Positions 9,805 to 19,050 of a stretch of 64,000 bases of DNA are shown piece after piece (within the stretch, counting starts at the first letter, position 1; every line of letters starts with the position of its first letter). The stretch is from the IMG/VR virus record IMGVR_UViG_2757320985_000001. One strand, 5' to 3'. The notes below the pieces were generated by a model. That model worked only from the letters and a program-made list of their open reading frames with translations, searched no databases and was not told the origin of the DNA. Source of the DNA: a virus. Taxonomy: Duplodnaviria > Heunggongvirae > Uroviricota > Caudoviricetes > Demerecviridae. The position numbers were made by a program, and so were the translations under genes.

Positions 9805-10218
9805 TCAGACTAATTCTACGTGACCACCGTCGTAAGTACCACGATCGATCTCATCATGATAATCACCAGAACTATTCCAGTCGGCACCAAAACGAAGTTT
9901 GACACCAAGTTCCTTACCAGCTTGTTCAAAAGCCTTCTTAACAGCCCAAAATGCTTCCAGATCTTTCCAATCAATCTTACCATTAATATATGGTGCAAAA
10001 TCGATAGCGTCTCCAGTTACATGCTTACTTTTGCTAGGGTCTTTCAAAAATGAAGTACCATTAGCAATGTTTTGGGCACTTTGTGCTACTGTACGAATAC
10101 CTTGTACGATTGTGAAATCATATGGGGATAGTTCTAAAGCCCTACGAGCTACCTTTTGTAGCTCGGGCTTAACAGTTGCTAATTGTTTTTCGCTATTTTT
10201 ACCAAATTTAAAACTCAT
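9805..10218 (-). CDS. lys: endolysin, L-alanyl-D-glutamate peptidase (M15 family)
   Basis: 137 aa. H-x-x-G-D-A-I-D ... D ... GGHVE motifs of VanY/M15 Zn peptidases. Same size as the T5 endolysin. Confidence 0.8.
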   Translation of the reverse strand: MSFKFGKNSEKQLATVKPELQKVARRALELSPYDFTIVQGIRTVAQSAQNIANGTSFLKDPSKSKHVTGDAIDFAPYINGKIDWKDLEAFWAVKKAFEQAGKELGVKLRFGADWNSSGDYHDEIDRGTYDGGHVELV

Positions 10219-10871
10219 ATAGATCTACCTAATGATCTTTGCTGCGGTGAGCAAAGCTTTGTTAAGTACTCCTTAAATTGTTCCGAGTCAGCTGTATCTA
10301 CGGGTTTATCCTTCCAGGCAATACCTATGTATCCAGCATAGATATTATTTAGGTTGAAATACGGACAAGTATAGACGTAATTAAAAGTAACGTTCTTAAA
10401 CGCGGGTATATTTGACCCCATATATTTATTTACTTTTACACTTAAATCCGAAGCGTAGTTAAAGCCTTCCAGGTGACGTCTATAAAGTTCAGACGTCTTG
10501 TTTACTGCTTTATCGGCCAAGTCAGCCCTATCCAATTGCGCATTGCTTTCCCATGCAATAATGTTCGAATAATCGTTTATAGCATCGGGTTTATACTTGA
10601 CTACAAAAACAGCATCCGCACCCGTCTGAGAGAAAAGAACCATGCTCTTTTCTCGTGCTACATTAGGAAAGTTATCTATCCTTTGGGTTTGAACATCCTG
10701 TAAAACCGCAGACGTGGAGAAAGTCTTTAAAAATGACATCACCTCGCTAGTGTTACTTACAAACAAGAAAATAATGACAGCAACTAAGATAGTTAGCAGA
10801 CGTTTTAGTAGCGAAGCTGGATCTTTCGCTTCTTGGAGCAGTACCGTTAATAGTTGTAGAAACTTTTCCAC
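10215..10871 (-). CDS. N-terminally membrane-anchored protein (holin candidate or lysis accessory)
   Basis: A single N-terminal TM segment (LLTILVAVIIFLFV) followed by a soluble domain. Overlaps the endolysin start. Confidence 0.4.
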   Translation of the reverse strand: MEKFLQLLTVLLQEAKDPASLLKRLLTILVAVIIFLFVSNTSEVMSFLKTFSTSAVLQDVQTQRIDNFPNVAREKSMVLFSQTGADAVFVVKYKPDAINDYSNIIAWESNAQLDRADLADKAVNKTSELYRRHLEGFNYASDLSVKVNKYMGSNIPAFKNVTFNYVYTCPYFNLNNIYAGYIGIAWKDKPVDTADSEQFKEYLTKLCSPQQRSLGRSI

Positions 10872-10989
10872 TTGTAACCTCCTCTAACCATTACCATTAT
10901 ACTAATTCTAGAGGAAAATTACAACGTGTTTTTAAAGATCACTTCTGGAGCATAATTTTTTGTCGTTGTCAAGAAGAATTTTAGGCAAA

Positions 10990-11025
10990 AGAAAAGCCAG
11001 AGTCGTTAAACTCTGGCTTAAAACT
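10990..11025 (-). terminator. rho-independent terminator
   Basis: GCCAGAGT..ACTCTGGC hairpin plus U-run. Confidence 0.55.
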
Positions 11026-11027
11026 AC

Positions 11028-11627
11028 TTACACTTCTCCATGTTCTTCTGGATGTGGAGCTTGAGCTTTACTATATTGCTCTTTGCGATAATTCGCCAAA
11101 ATTTCAATACGCTTATTGATTTCTTTGCTGTTGAGGTAGATATTCTTATTCTCTTTTACCATGTCCTCGATCTCGTCAATAGAGAAGAACGGGAAGTAAA
11201 CATCGAGCATCATATCTTCTACAAACTGGTTGTAAGATTCATAGGCTTTCTTGATTTCTTGACCTTTCTCACAGAATCCGCCAGAGAACGTATGTCCCAT
11301 AAGCGTAGCATGTGGATGTACAACCCAACCATGGCAAGACAGGAAGATTGTGCAGTAAGCAGAAGCACTAGGACCGAGCAGGTGTCCAATAACCGTTCCA
11401 CGACAGTTAGCGATTAGGTTAGATAGTTGTGCAGCAGTATCAACGTAACCACCAGGCCCATTAATCATCAGATTAATTTCATCATCTTCACCAGCCTGCA
11501 TCAGTATCATGGATAGGTCACGATACTCATCCGGTGAGCCTAATTCTTCATCAAAGAAAAAGGTATATTCGTTAGATTGGCGAACAGTGTGAAACAGGTT
11601 AGTCTTTTCTTCTTTCTTATTAGTCAT
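11028..11627 (-). CDS. ClpP-like serine peptidase (S14 family)
   Basis: INGPGG ... GPSAS(A) ... MGHTFSGG aligns to the ClpP INSPGG/GQAASM/MIHQPLGG catalytic-triad context. Confidence 0.65.
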   Translation of the reverse strand: MTNKKEEKTNLFHTVRQSNEYTFFFDEELGSPDEYRDLSMILMQAGEDDEINLMINGPGGYVDTAAQLSNLIANCRGTVIGHLLGPSASAYCTIFLSCHGWVVHPHATLMGHTFSGGFCEKGQEIKKAYESYNQFVEDMMLDVYFPFFSIDEIEDMVKENKNIYLNSKEINKRIEILANYRKEQYSKAQAPHPEEHGEV

Positions 11628-11639
11628 AGTGATCCTTAA

Positions 11640-12392
11640 TTATCCAACTAGTGGTTCTAGCTCTAAGTCACAGAAGTGGTACACATCGGTACGAAGTGCA
11701 TCAAGTCCGTTGAAGGTATTCTCAAATTTATGAGAAATGTATTTTTCAGGAATACCGCTTTCAGACGGATGATCTGTCTCGATGCGATACTTATTAGTAA
11801 TACCAGATTCAACCTTAATAAGCATGGAATCCATATCTAGAGTATTGGTTTCCATGATTAGCTCTCCCTCATTGGGGAAACGCACATCGGTAACGATTGC
11901 GACGTCTGGGTCGTCTTTATCGATGGATTGCTCCAGAATTATGAGCCAAATGCGTTCATGCACCAGCTGCCTTCCTAACTCAGTACCTACAAGCTGTAGC
12001 ATTTTTCTTGGGGAGATAAATACGCTATACAGCGCATCATCAGCTTGCCCAATTAACTGCTGAGGATCAAGGTATTTTCCTTCAAATATCGGCCAAACGT
12101 ACGAGAAGTCCTCAAACTTATCGATACCATACTTAAACCATACGTCTCTAGCTCGCTCCAATTGAGATTGTGTGACCGTAAACCATTGGTCAATCTCTTT
12201 TCCCCTGCGCTCCCCCAGAAACTCTGGAGTTACCCCGAGGATTACGGATGCAAGTTCGTAAACGGGTTTAGCAAAACTATAACGACGGGATAAACACGTT
12301 GGGAACGTGTCATTACACCAGTCAATCATTAATTCTGCAACGGTATCTTTTCCCGCACCAGCCTCACCATGTAAACCGACTAATACTGACAT
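11640..12392 (-). CDS. dnk: deoxynucleoside monophosphate kinase
   Basis: N-terminal P-loop (GLHGEAGAGKDTVAE). Size and architecture match phage dNMP kinase. Confidence 0.65.
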   Translation of the reverse strand: MSVLVGLHGEAGAGKDTVAELMIDWCNDTFPTCLSRRYSFAKPVYELASVILGVTPEFLGERRGKEIDQWFTVTQSQLERARDVWFKYGIDKFEDFSYVWPIFEGKYLDPQQLIGQADDALYSVFISPRKMLQLVGTELGRQLVHERIWLIILEQSIDKDDPDVAIVTDVRFPNEGELIMETNTLDMDSMLIKVESGITNKYRIETDHPSESGIPEKYISHKFENTFNGLDALRTDVYHFCDLELEPLVG

Positions 12393-12745
12393 TAATCTTT
12401 CCTATTTGTAATGGGTGGATAGTAAACTAAGCAACGTTTTTCTTGTAAATCTTGACGATAGAAGCAAACCATACCGGTCAGTCGTGAAATGTAAGAGTAA
12501 ACTGCTTCCTCGCATTTTGCTTTTGCATTCCAATCTTTGTAAGGTACAACAACTACTACGCCATCTTCACCATTTGTAGCTAATTTCTTTTCGAATTTGA
12601 AATCAAAGCTACACGGCTGAAGTCCTTTAGGCCAGTCAACATGAGCTTGCTTTAACTCATGAGATGGCTCTGGTTTTATTTCTTCTGCACAGCCTGTGAT
12701 TGTGATTGCGGCTGCGAGCAGTACTCCAAGTTTCCAGTTAAACAT
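12392..12745 (-). CDS. o-spanin (outer-membrane lipoprotein Rz1-like)
   Basis: Lipobox (ITITGC). Overlaps the 3' end of the upstream coiled-coil TM protein by 70 nt in a different frame. Confidence 0.6.
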   Translation of the reverse strand: MFNWKLGVLLAAAITITGCAEEIKPEPSHELKQAHVDWPKGLQPCSFDFKFEKKLATNGEDGVVVVVPYKDWNAKAKCEEAVYSYISRLTGMVCFYRQDLQEKRCLVYYPPITNRKD

Positions 12746-13125
12746 GCTAATCTTTCCTCGAACTCTTTATTCTGCTTTTTAGCAATTAATGTTACCAATC
12801 CAGGCTTTGCAGCGATAACATCTTGACGACTAAGAGCTTTATCTAACTGCTTAATCTTTTTGTCTAGATCTGCTTGCGAAATATTATTCATTGTGAAATA
12901 CTGGTTCATTCGAGTCTCACGAAGTTCACTCTCAATTTTCACTTTATTAAGAGAAGTCTCTAGAGTGGAAATCTTTTTAGTCGCAACTGCAAGATCTCCC
13001 GCTAGGGTTTCAACCTTATTTACTAAGTGATAAGCACCGAATCCGATACCTATCGCAAGACCAGCTCCCAGGATATACCACTTACCTTGCCATATTCCTG
13101 AAAGAAGTTTTTGTATCAAATCCAT
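12676..13125 (-). CDS. i-spanin (Rz-like)
   Basis: N-terminal TM segment, then periplasmic coiled-coil domains. The overlapped partner gene follows. Confidence 0.6.
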   Translation of the reverse strand: MDLIQKLLSGIWQGKWYILGAGLAIGIGFGAYHLVNKVETLAGDLAVATKKISTLETSLNKVKIESELRETRMNQYFTMNNISQADLDKKIKQLDKALSRQDVIAAKPGLVTLIAKKQNKEFEERLACLTGNLEYCSQPQSQSQAVQKK

Positions 13126-13780
13126 GCGCTGCTAACCTGTCTTTATCTGATACGGTAATCATATCAGGCTCACCAGTTCCTAGTACACCGAAGATATACT
13201 GTTCGAGAACTTGGTGTAAACGGTATAAGTTACTTTCAATTTCCTGCCACGGAATACCTGACTGATGGAAACGAATGTTTGTCTGAATTACGAAGTTACG
13301 AACATCATCGTTATCGTTCTTCTTAATACCTTTCACATATGCAATTGGTACGCGCAGTTCAGATAAGATACGTTCTGCTTTAGGTTTTGCTTCAACCAAC
13401 ATATCTCGCATGGTTTCACGAACATCACCACGATTCTTATCTAGTAAGTAAGAACGGGCATGTAATCCCATTTCTTCCATTTTATCGAACACAGCATCGA
13501 TGTTGAATGTTTTGAAACTGAATGCTGGATGCCAGCAGGACAGTTCATGTAACCAGTAAACTTCACCTGCAATAAACAGTGGATTTACTGAGTATTCGAA
13601 GTCACCACGGAAGGATAAGGAACCCTCACGAAACACCTGACGATTATGAACGATATTCTTTTCTACATCGTCAGTTACTTTTACTAGCAGCTCTTCAGTT
13701 TTACGCTCCCAGACACGATCTGGATCAAATAAACTATTCTGCAAATCGTATACATCATTGAACTTTGAAATGATTCTCAT
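13082..13780 (-). CDS. hypothetical protein, 232 aa
   Basis: ORF downstream of the promoter cassette at about 13795-13850. Confidence 0.5.
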   Translation of the reverse strand: MRIISKFNDVYDLQNSLFDPDRVWERKTEELLVKVTDDVEKNIVHNRQVFREGSLSFRGDFEYSVNPLFIAGEVYWLHELSCWHPAFSFKTFNIDAVFDKMEEMGLHARSYLLDKNRGDVRETMRDMLVEAKPKAERILSELRVPIAYVKGIKKNDNDDVRNFVIQTNIRFHQSGIPWQEIESNLYRLHQVLEQYIFGVLGTGEPDMITVSDKDRLAAHGFDTKTSFRNMAR

Positions 13781-13856
13781 AAATTATCCTTTTGCCTCAA
13801 TCTATAAACATATTATACAATACTTGTGGCATCTGAGCAACTGAAATTTTATTACA

Positions 13857-13900
13857 AAAATAGCCCAGTCGCAAAATTGCAGGCTGGGCTTTGTCATTAT
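13857..13900 (-). terminator. rho-independent terminator
   Basis: AGCCCAGCCTGC..GCGACTGGGCT hairpin plus U-run. Confidence 0.55.
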
Positions 13901-13925
13901 TATTCTTGCTAGGAGGTGATTATCA

Positions 13926-14315
13926 TCACTCTTGTTTACTTAATTCTCTAGCACGACGTAGCGATCCAGCGGTTCTCCATAGTTTAATGTCGTCAACAAC
14001 TTCTTTGTAGGGAGCAATAGTAAGACCTAGCGGCCCCGCTACCAACAGTCCAAAGAAACCAATTACACGCATGTAAAGCAAGCATTCTTTGGGAGTCATT
14101 GACTGGACAGCCTGTCTTTCCTCAGTACTGTCGAACTCGTGTTCTTGATCGTCTAAACGTAGGTACTTAATAAACCATTCAGCAGAATATTCATCCAGAT
14201 GACGAATAACTGCAATAGCATAGCCTAAACCAGTAATAAACCATGCTGCTACAATGAATAAAATAAAGCTCATGATATCTCCAGTTAAAGTTGAGGTCAG
14301 CGACCAACTCACCAC
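13926..14315 (-). CDS. membrane protein, 129 aa
   Basis: Two TM helices. Confidence 0.5.
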   Translation of the reverse strand: MVSWSLTSTLTGDIMSFILFIVAAWFITGLGYAIAVIRHLDEYSAEWFIKYLRLDDQEHEFDSTEERQAVQSMTPKECLLYMRVIGFFGLLVAGPLGLTIAPYKEVVDDIKLWRTAGSLRRARELSKQE

Positions 14316-14389
14316 TTACCGCACTAAGGGGCACGACTCCCTTATCCGTAACAGTTGCAGGTGACGCAACTCGGTCCTACGCGAGTTCT

Positions 14390-14674
14390 TTACTTACTCT
14401 GCATTTCAGCACGGAACTTTTTCATCTTACGAGTTTTACGGAAGAAGAAATAAGTAGCTACTGGCCCGAACAAGGTGTCCATAATAAGCATACCTGACAT
14501 AATGAATTTGAACATCTTTTCATCGTCAAATTCTGCTAATTCTGGTGGACGATATTTGTTTATAACATAAAGAATAACATCTTTATTTTTAGAGATATAC
14601 AGATCATCAATCAGACTGTAAATCGCGACAACTGCACCAATAACAAACCACAAAGCAAATGGAGAGATAATCAT
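14390..14674 (-). CDS. membrane protein, 94 aa
   Basis: Two TM helices. Confidence 0.45.
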   Translation of the reverse strand: MIISPFALWFVIGAVVAIYSLIDDLYISKNKDVILYVINKYRPPELAEFDDEKMFKFIMSGMLIMDTLFGPVATYFFFRKTRKMKKFRAEMQSK

Positions 14675-14967
14675 TTAAGATCCTTTTCGTCAATTAGAAT
14701 AGTAACAAACAATGGTATACAACCTGGGCACAAATCTTTACCAAACTTTTCCATTACATCCCAAAGTGGTAAGGTAATCATACCATTTTTAACTCTAGGA
14801 TCTGTATACTCAGCTATTCGTTTATCCGCGAATGTTATTGCACTAGAAGTTTCTTCGTACTGTTCTGCATAGTTAGTCCAGAACTTAATATGTTCCTGCT
14901 TGAGGAAGTCTAGTACAGCATCAGTTGCTGGAATCTGTACTAGACTGTTGAGATTTAGCTCTTTCAC
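14671..14967 (-). CDS. hypothetical protein, 98 aa
   Basis: ORF track. Confidence 0.45.
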   Translation of the reverse strand: MKELNLNSLVQIPATDAVLDFLKQEHIKFWTNYAEQYEETSSAITFADKRIAEYTDPRVKNGMITLPLWDVMEKFGKDLCPGCIPLFVTILIDEKDLK

Positions 14968-15418
14968 GTTCTGCTCTCCGACGTTTGCGTTCTTTCATCA
15001 TGTAAGCTGCTACAACTTCATGATAGTAGTCGTTAATGTTGCCTTCAGGTAAGAAATGCTTAATCGTTTCTAGCTGGCAGACAACACGGTAAAGATGTTT
15101 ATTTGGTAGGCATAGCTTCATGCCCATAACAAATCCAGAGAATCCTGGAACACTGAACATGGGTTGGGCTTCTACGTTACCCTCGGGATTGATACTAAGT
15201 TCAATCGAGATACCCATTTTCATACTATAAAGCTGGCAACCTTCACCATTACCAAATCTTGACCAAACAGTGAAATCCTCATCGATTTGATCTTGGATTT
15301 CTTCAACTGCAAGTTTAATTCTACGGTCTAAATTACTCATCTTCACCTTCAAAGCCGCAGTCATAACGGCAAGTAAAAGAATCAGAACTATTAGTACGTT
15401 GAGTAGTGATTTCACCAC
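14921..15418 (-). CDS. signal-anchored hypothetical protein, 165 aa
   Basis: N-terminal TM segment. Basic C-terminus. Confidence 0.45.
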   Translation of the reverse strand: MVKSLLNVLIVLILLLAVMTAALKVKMSNLDRRIKLAVEEIQDQIDEDFTVWSRFGNGEGCQLYSMKMGISIELSINPEGNVEAQPMFSVPGFSGFVMGMKLCLPNKHLYRVVCQLETIKHFLPEGNINDYYHEVVAAYMMKERKRRRAERERAKSQQSSTDSSN

Positions 15419-15632
15419 GTTTACTAACAGTAACAGCCGGAGTAGAGAAGTTTTTATTAGTATAGATTTCTACTTTGCCATTACGTTCTTTTACATCACG
15501 TACTTTACCATATTCGGTGATAATGCCATTCTGCTGAACTTTAACATTACCATTTTTCATAGAAACTTTGGTAGATGCCAGAGAACCGAAACTGACTGCT
15601 GAAATTACCAGAGCAATAATAAACTTATTCAT
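15333..15632 (-). CDS. secreted small protein, 99 aa
   Basis: Cleavable-type signal peptide (ALVISAVSFGSLAS). Confidence 0.45.
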   Translation of the reverse strand: MNKFIIALVISAVSFGSLASTKVSMKNGNVKVQQNGIITEYGKVRDVKERNGKVEIYTNKNFSTPAVTVSKRGEITTQRTNSSDSFTCRYDCGFEGEDE

Positions 15633-15904
15633 TATTCTTCTCCTTCACAATCGGAACAGTAGGAACCTTCTTCAGAACGGTCATGCTCTGGACACCACCA
15701 ATTACAGTTACCACACTGGAAGACTTCAGCACTACTACAAGTTTCCATTAGAAGATCTTCAATTTCAGTATCTTCCATATGTACGCCTTTCTCGGCTAAC
15801 ATTTCCTGAAATACTACAGCAGACTCGAATAAACTATTGCAACTGCCTTGCATATAGGAAACGATGAATACTCTAGCCATTTCATTAATTTCTGCTTCTT
15901 TCAT
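15632..15904 (-). CDS. Cys-rich acidic small protein, 90 aa
   Basis: CGNCNWWC ... CSDCEGEE metal-binding-like cysteines. Promoter cassette lies upstream at about 15905-15965. Confidence 0.5.
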   Translation of the reverse strand: MKEAEINEMARVFIVSYMQGSCNSLFESAVVFQEMLAEKGVHMEDTEIEDLLMETCSSAEVFQCGNCNWWCPEHDRSEEGSYCSDCEGEE

Positions 15905-15980
15905 TTCAAAGCCCTCTCATCAATTTATATAAATATTATATCAAAAGGAGAGGGTTTTAGCAAATGAATTATTTATGAAA

Positions 15981-16376
15981 TTAGTCGTAAACCCACCATA
16001 ACCCACGCTTACGCAGGTCATGATCGCGATTATAGTCGTAATTTTCTGGATCTTTCATCACACGGTGAAGTTCACGACGGTTTTCCTGACGAACCATTTT
16101 GTTAGAATGCCACTTAACACTTTTACTAATAGAATCCCACCAGTGCCCATCTTTCTTCTCGTTACGAATGATGTTTTCCTGGATCTCCTTCTCAATTTCA
16201 TCCCAAGTTTTAGCCCATGCTTCATTGGATCGAACTTGATAATATTTCCACTGCTTACCATCCCTATCCGTGTAGATATACGGAATACGGATATTAGTGC
16301 TATGAAAATTATAAGTAGAACGATGTGCATCACGCCAGTGACGATTACCAGATTGTTTACGATATGTACGGCTCAT
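15981..16376 (-). CDS. basic Trp-rich hypothetical protein, 131 aa
   Basis: ORF track. Confidence 0.45.
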   Translation of the reverse strand: MSRTYRKQSGNRHWRDAHRSTYNFHSTNIRIPYIYTDRDGKQWKYYQVRSNEAWAKTWDEIEKEIQENIIRNEKKDGHWWDSISKSVKWHSNKMVRQENRRELHRVMKDPENYDYNRDHDLRKRGLWWVYD

Positions 16377-16434
16377 ATTACCTCCATTAAGTCTCTTAAA
16401 TTAACTTAATGTGGACGAACTTCAAAATATAACA

Positions 16435-16620
16435 TTAGTAATCTCCGTTGTCGTTGTATACTACCCCACTGCTAGGGAGTTCTTCTACTGTCACATTCTC
16501 GAATTCTATAGAACTTCTATGGTTTCTAGCCAGTTCGATTGCTTCTTCCGCAGTTTCCGCAACAACAATAGCTGTACCACCTAACCACAGGCCACTATAG
16601 TTCACTTTAAAAATTTTCAT
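16435..16620 (-). CDS. hypothetical protein, 61 aa
   Basis: Short ORF followed by a terminator hairpin at about 16640-16675. Confidence 0.4.
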   Translation of the reverse strand: MKIFKVNYSGLWLGGTAIVVAETAEEAIELARNHRSSIEFENVTVEELPSSGVVYNDNGDY

Positions 16621-16639
16621 TTCGAAAATCCTATATACA

Positions 16640-16675
16640 AGAAAACCCCAGACTACTTATTCAATAGCTGGGGTT
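16640..16675 (-). terminator. rho-independent terminator
   Basis: CCCCAGCTATTGAATAAGTAGTCTGGGG hairpin. Confidence 0.5.
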
Positions 16676-16684
16676 TGTTATTAA

Positions 16685-16978
16685 TTAACCTTCACCGAAA
16701 CCTACGAAGCCATCAAATTCATCATTTGAAATACCTTCGCCATATCCGATAATCAGCTCAGTCGATTCCATCTTTTTAATCTCCGAGATTTTCATGCCTG
16801 CTTTACTATTCTTATAGTATTTGCGAGGATTCCCACACATCCAACAAGAACAGATGCAAGGAGTGGTAGTGATAATGCCTAACCGCTTAGGACTTTCTTC
16901 GTGTGGGAAGACTGTCCAATACTTCTTGCGATTGTTTCTCACACGTTGCCGGTGATGGCGTCTTAATGCTCGATCCAC
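16685..16978 (-). CDS. hypothetical basic/Cys protein, 97 aa
   Basis: ORF track. Confidence 0.45.
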   Translation of the reverse strand: MDRALRRHHRQRVRNNRKKYWTVFPHEESPKRLGIITTTPCICSCWMCGNPRKYYKNSKAGMKISEIKKMESTELIIGYGEGISNDEFDGFVGFGEG

Positions 16979-17059
16979 ACATTTCTCCTAAAACTTGGGA
17001 GATAAATGGAGTTTGCTCGACTACCTTGCGTAGCTGGGAGAAATCGTATCCAAACCCCA

Positions 17060-17428
17060 TTATATCGCCTGAGTAAATGTACGACTAATAACGTCGTTCT
17101 GTTGTTCACGCGTCAATGCGTTAAATCGAACAGCATAGCCAGAGACACGGATGGTCAACTGAGGATATTTTTCAGGATGTTTCTGCGCATCCAAAAGCTG
17201 ATCACGGCTTAACACATTGACATTTAGGTGCTGACCACCCTCGACTTGGGGAACCACTTCCACATCTACAATGCGAAAGGCCTCAGGGTCAAAGTGAGGT
17301 GTGATACCTTCTAGATCTTCAACTAGAACTTTCTGTTTAAGTTCACCATCTTTAGAGTATAGTTGAATGATCTGATTGTTATGAACAATGTTAATTACGC
17401 CAGACTTAAGACTTTGATATGCTTTCAT
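17060..17428 (-). CDS. hypothetical protein, 122 aa
   Basis: ORF track. Confidence 0.5.
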   Translation of the reverse strand: MKAYQSLKSGVINIVHNNQIIQLYSKDGELKQKVLVEDLEGITPHFDPEAFRIVDVEVVPQVEGGQHLNVNVLSRDQLLDAQKHPEKYPQLTIRVSGYAVRFNALTREQQNDVISRTFTQAI

Positions 17429-17797
17429 TAGATCTCCCTGATGTTAGAATTTGGCTCAGCTTTTTGTTAACCCAGAAGCAAGATAAAAACTGGAAGGCAG
17501 GCTTGCTTATTATCTAATCACTAGCTACTGTTGGGGTGCTAGCATTCCGGTGAGATTGATGGTCTCGATTAGATAAATAAGCACTGGAACTTTGATTTTA
17601 ACGTTGCGATCTTCCAGGTCTGTTGCAACTACGTGATTGCTCACGCTAAGACAATGGCTATCTAAAGTCTTAGCTTCTACATTTATACTCCTGGATAGCA
17701 TGGAGTTGCAGTCTACTTCCTGCTGTCACGCCCGGCCATTTATAGAATGTGGACTCTCTTCTCAGCAGGATCTGGTACAATGACCTGATCCTCTGTT

Positions 17798-17873
17798 TGG
17801 TAGTTAGTAGTGGATTTGAACCACTGTAGTCGCTCCGTATGAAGGAGGTGCATAACCACTCTGCCAACTAACT
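17798..17873 (-). tRNA. tRNA anticodon CAU (Met or Ile2/lysidine type)
   Basis: Manual fold. Acceptor AGTTAGT/ACTAACT, T-arm AGTGG-TTCAAAT-CCACT, encoded CCA, anticodon loop containing CAT. Confidence 0.6.
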
Positions 17874-17879
17874 ATAATT

Positions 17880-17955
17880 TGGTACTCCGACTTGGGATCG
17901 AACCAAGATTTGACGATTATCGGTCGCCTGTTCTAACCTGTTGAACTATCAGAGC
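17880..17955 (-). tRNA. tRNA-Ile (GAU)
   Basis: Acceptor GCTCTGA/TCGGAGT, T-arm CTTGG-TTCGATC-CCAAG, anticodon loop CCGATAA, CCA encoded. Confidence 0.6.
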
Positions 17956-17956
17956 A

Positions 17957-18250
17957 TTACATCATTTCATCCAAGTAAGAAGTATACTGATATTTAGCTT
18001 CCCCAGTTTTATCTACTTCGACTTCTGTTCTAGGTACTTTTCGTACCAGACCGTGAATCATCTTGTACTGAATAGACTTAGATGGTTCGTGATCTTTTGG
18101 AAATACTTGTTTAACCGTTACTACTTTGAAGCCTTCACGAGGTGTTAGCACAACAACTTGATCACCCTCTTTGATTTTCCAAGACTCAGGAAATTCGTAA
18201 GTGTAGCGTTGACCACCCGTTTGGAATACGACAGAAAGATAACGTTTCAT
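17957..18250 (-). CDS. hypothetical protein, 97 aa
   Basis: ORF with the promoter cassette at about 18255-18310 immediately upstream. Confidence 0.5.
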   Translation of the reverse strand: MKRYLSVVFQTGGQRYTYEFPESWKIKEGDQVVVLTPREGFKVVTVKQVFPKDHEPSKSIQYKMIHGLVRKVPRTEVEVDKTGEAKYQYTSYLDEMM

Positions 18251-18254
18251 TTGG

Positions 18255-18310
18255 TTTCCCTCTCATTAATTTATATAAATATTATAACAAGAAATAAGAG
18301 AGAAGGCAAA
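18255..18310 (-). promoter_or_regulatory. early promoter cassette
   Basis: Family member immediately upstream of 17957-18250. Confidence 0.55.
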
Positions 18311-18324
18311 TGAATTTTTAAATT

Positions 18325-18399
18325 TGGTGCTCCCACCAGGAATCGAACCCGGTTCAGATGCTTACAAGGCAACTGCATCGCCAGCAATGCTTTAGGAGC
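18325..18399 (-). tRNA. tRNA-Thr (UGU)
   Basis: Acceptor GCTCCTA/TGGGAGC (one GU pair), T-arm CCGGG-TTCGATT-CCTGG, loop CTTGTAA. Confidence 0.55.
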
Positions 18400-18566
18400 A
18401 ATAAACCCGTTATTTCAACGGGATTTCTTTTTCAAATATAGGGGACTTATCAGACATTACTGTCATAGCCAACTGCTGTAGAAATTCGAATGAGAGTTTT
18501 AAACGTTCTTCTCCTAACTCAACCTCAACGCACTTCATTCGTTTATCTACTTTTAGCTTTAGATTA

Positions 18567-18788
18567 TCAGCCATCTTCGGATTCTCTTTGCTCAGCTATT
18601 GCTAGCCAGTCTGGTAAAAGAAACTTCGTACGAAATTCTTCATATGTTTCTTCTGGATGAAAGCTATAGCCTTGCTTTTCATCATTTAATAAAACCGAAC
18701 CGTCTTCCTGTTCATAAGCTCGGTATGTTTCACCAATAATTAAAACTCGTCTATTAGGATTTTTATTACGAAACTCAAAAACGTCCAT
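18567..18788 (-). CDS. hypothetical protein, 73 aa
   Basis: ORF track. Lies between tRNA genes. Confidence 0.45.
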   Translation of the reverse strand: MDVFEFRNKNPNRRVLIIGETYRAYEQEDGSVLLNDEKQGYSFHPEETYEEFRTKFLLPDWLAIAEQRESEDG

Positions 18789-18803
18789 AACGTTTCCTTA
18801 AAT

Positions 18804-18878
18804 TGGTGCGGGATACGAGAGTCGAACTCGTGTCTACTGGTTGGAAGCCAGTTATTCTAGCCACTGAACTAATCACGC
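18804..18878 (-). tRNA. tRNA-Gly (UCC)
   Basis: T-arm ACGAG-TTCGACT-CTCGT. Anticodon stem ACTGG/CCAGT with loop CTTCCAA. Confidence 0.55.
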
Positions 18879-18885
18879 ATTCGTT

Positions 18886-18961
18886 TGGCTGGAGAAGGAG
18901 GAATCGAACCTACCATTAACGGAGTCAAAGGCCGTTGTGCTAACCGTTACACTACTCTCCA
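18886..18961 (-). tRNA. tRNA-Gln (UUG)
   Basis: Acceptor TGGAGAG/TTCTCCA, discriminator G, loop CTTTGAC. Confidence 0.55.
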
Positions 18962-18967
18962 ATTGTT

Positions 18968-19043
18968 TGGCTGGGATGCCACGGATCGAACGTGGAACCT
19001 TCGGAGTCAGAGGCCGACGATCTGCCAATTGATCTACATCCCA
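18968..19043 (-). tRNA. tRNA-Gln (CUG)
   Basis: Acceptor TGGGATG/CATCCCA, discriminator G, T-arm CCACG-TTCGATC-CGTGG, loop CTCTGAC. Confidence 0.55.
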
Positions 19044-19050
19044 ATAATTT

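Noticed and set aside
14285-14390. About 100-nt non-coding gap with the AGTTGC-AGGTGAC-GCAACT hairpin, considered as a regulatory RNA or nick site
   Set aside because: Only a single 6-bp hairpin with no flanking promoter or U-run motif. Evidence is too thin for a feature call. It is more likely a simple intergenic spacer or weak terminator.
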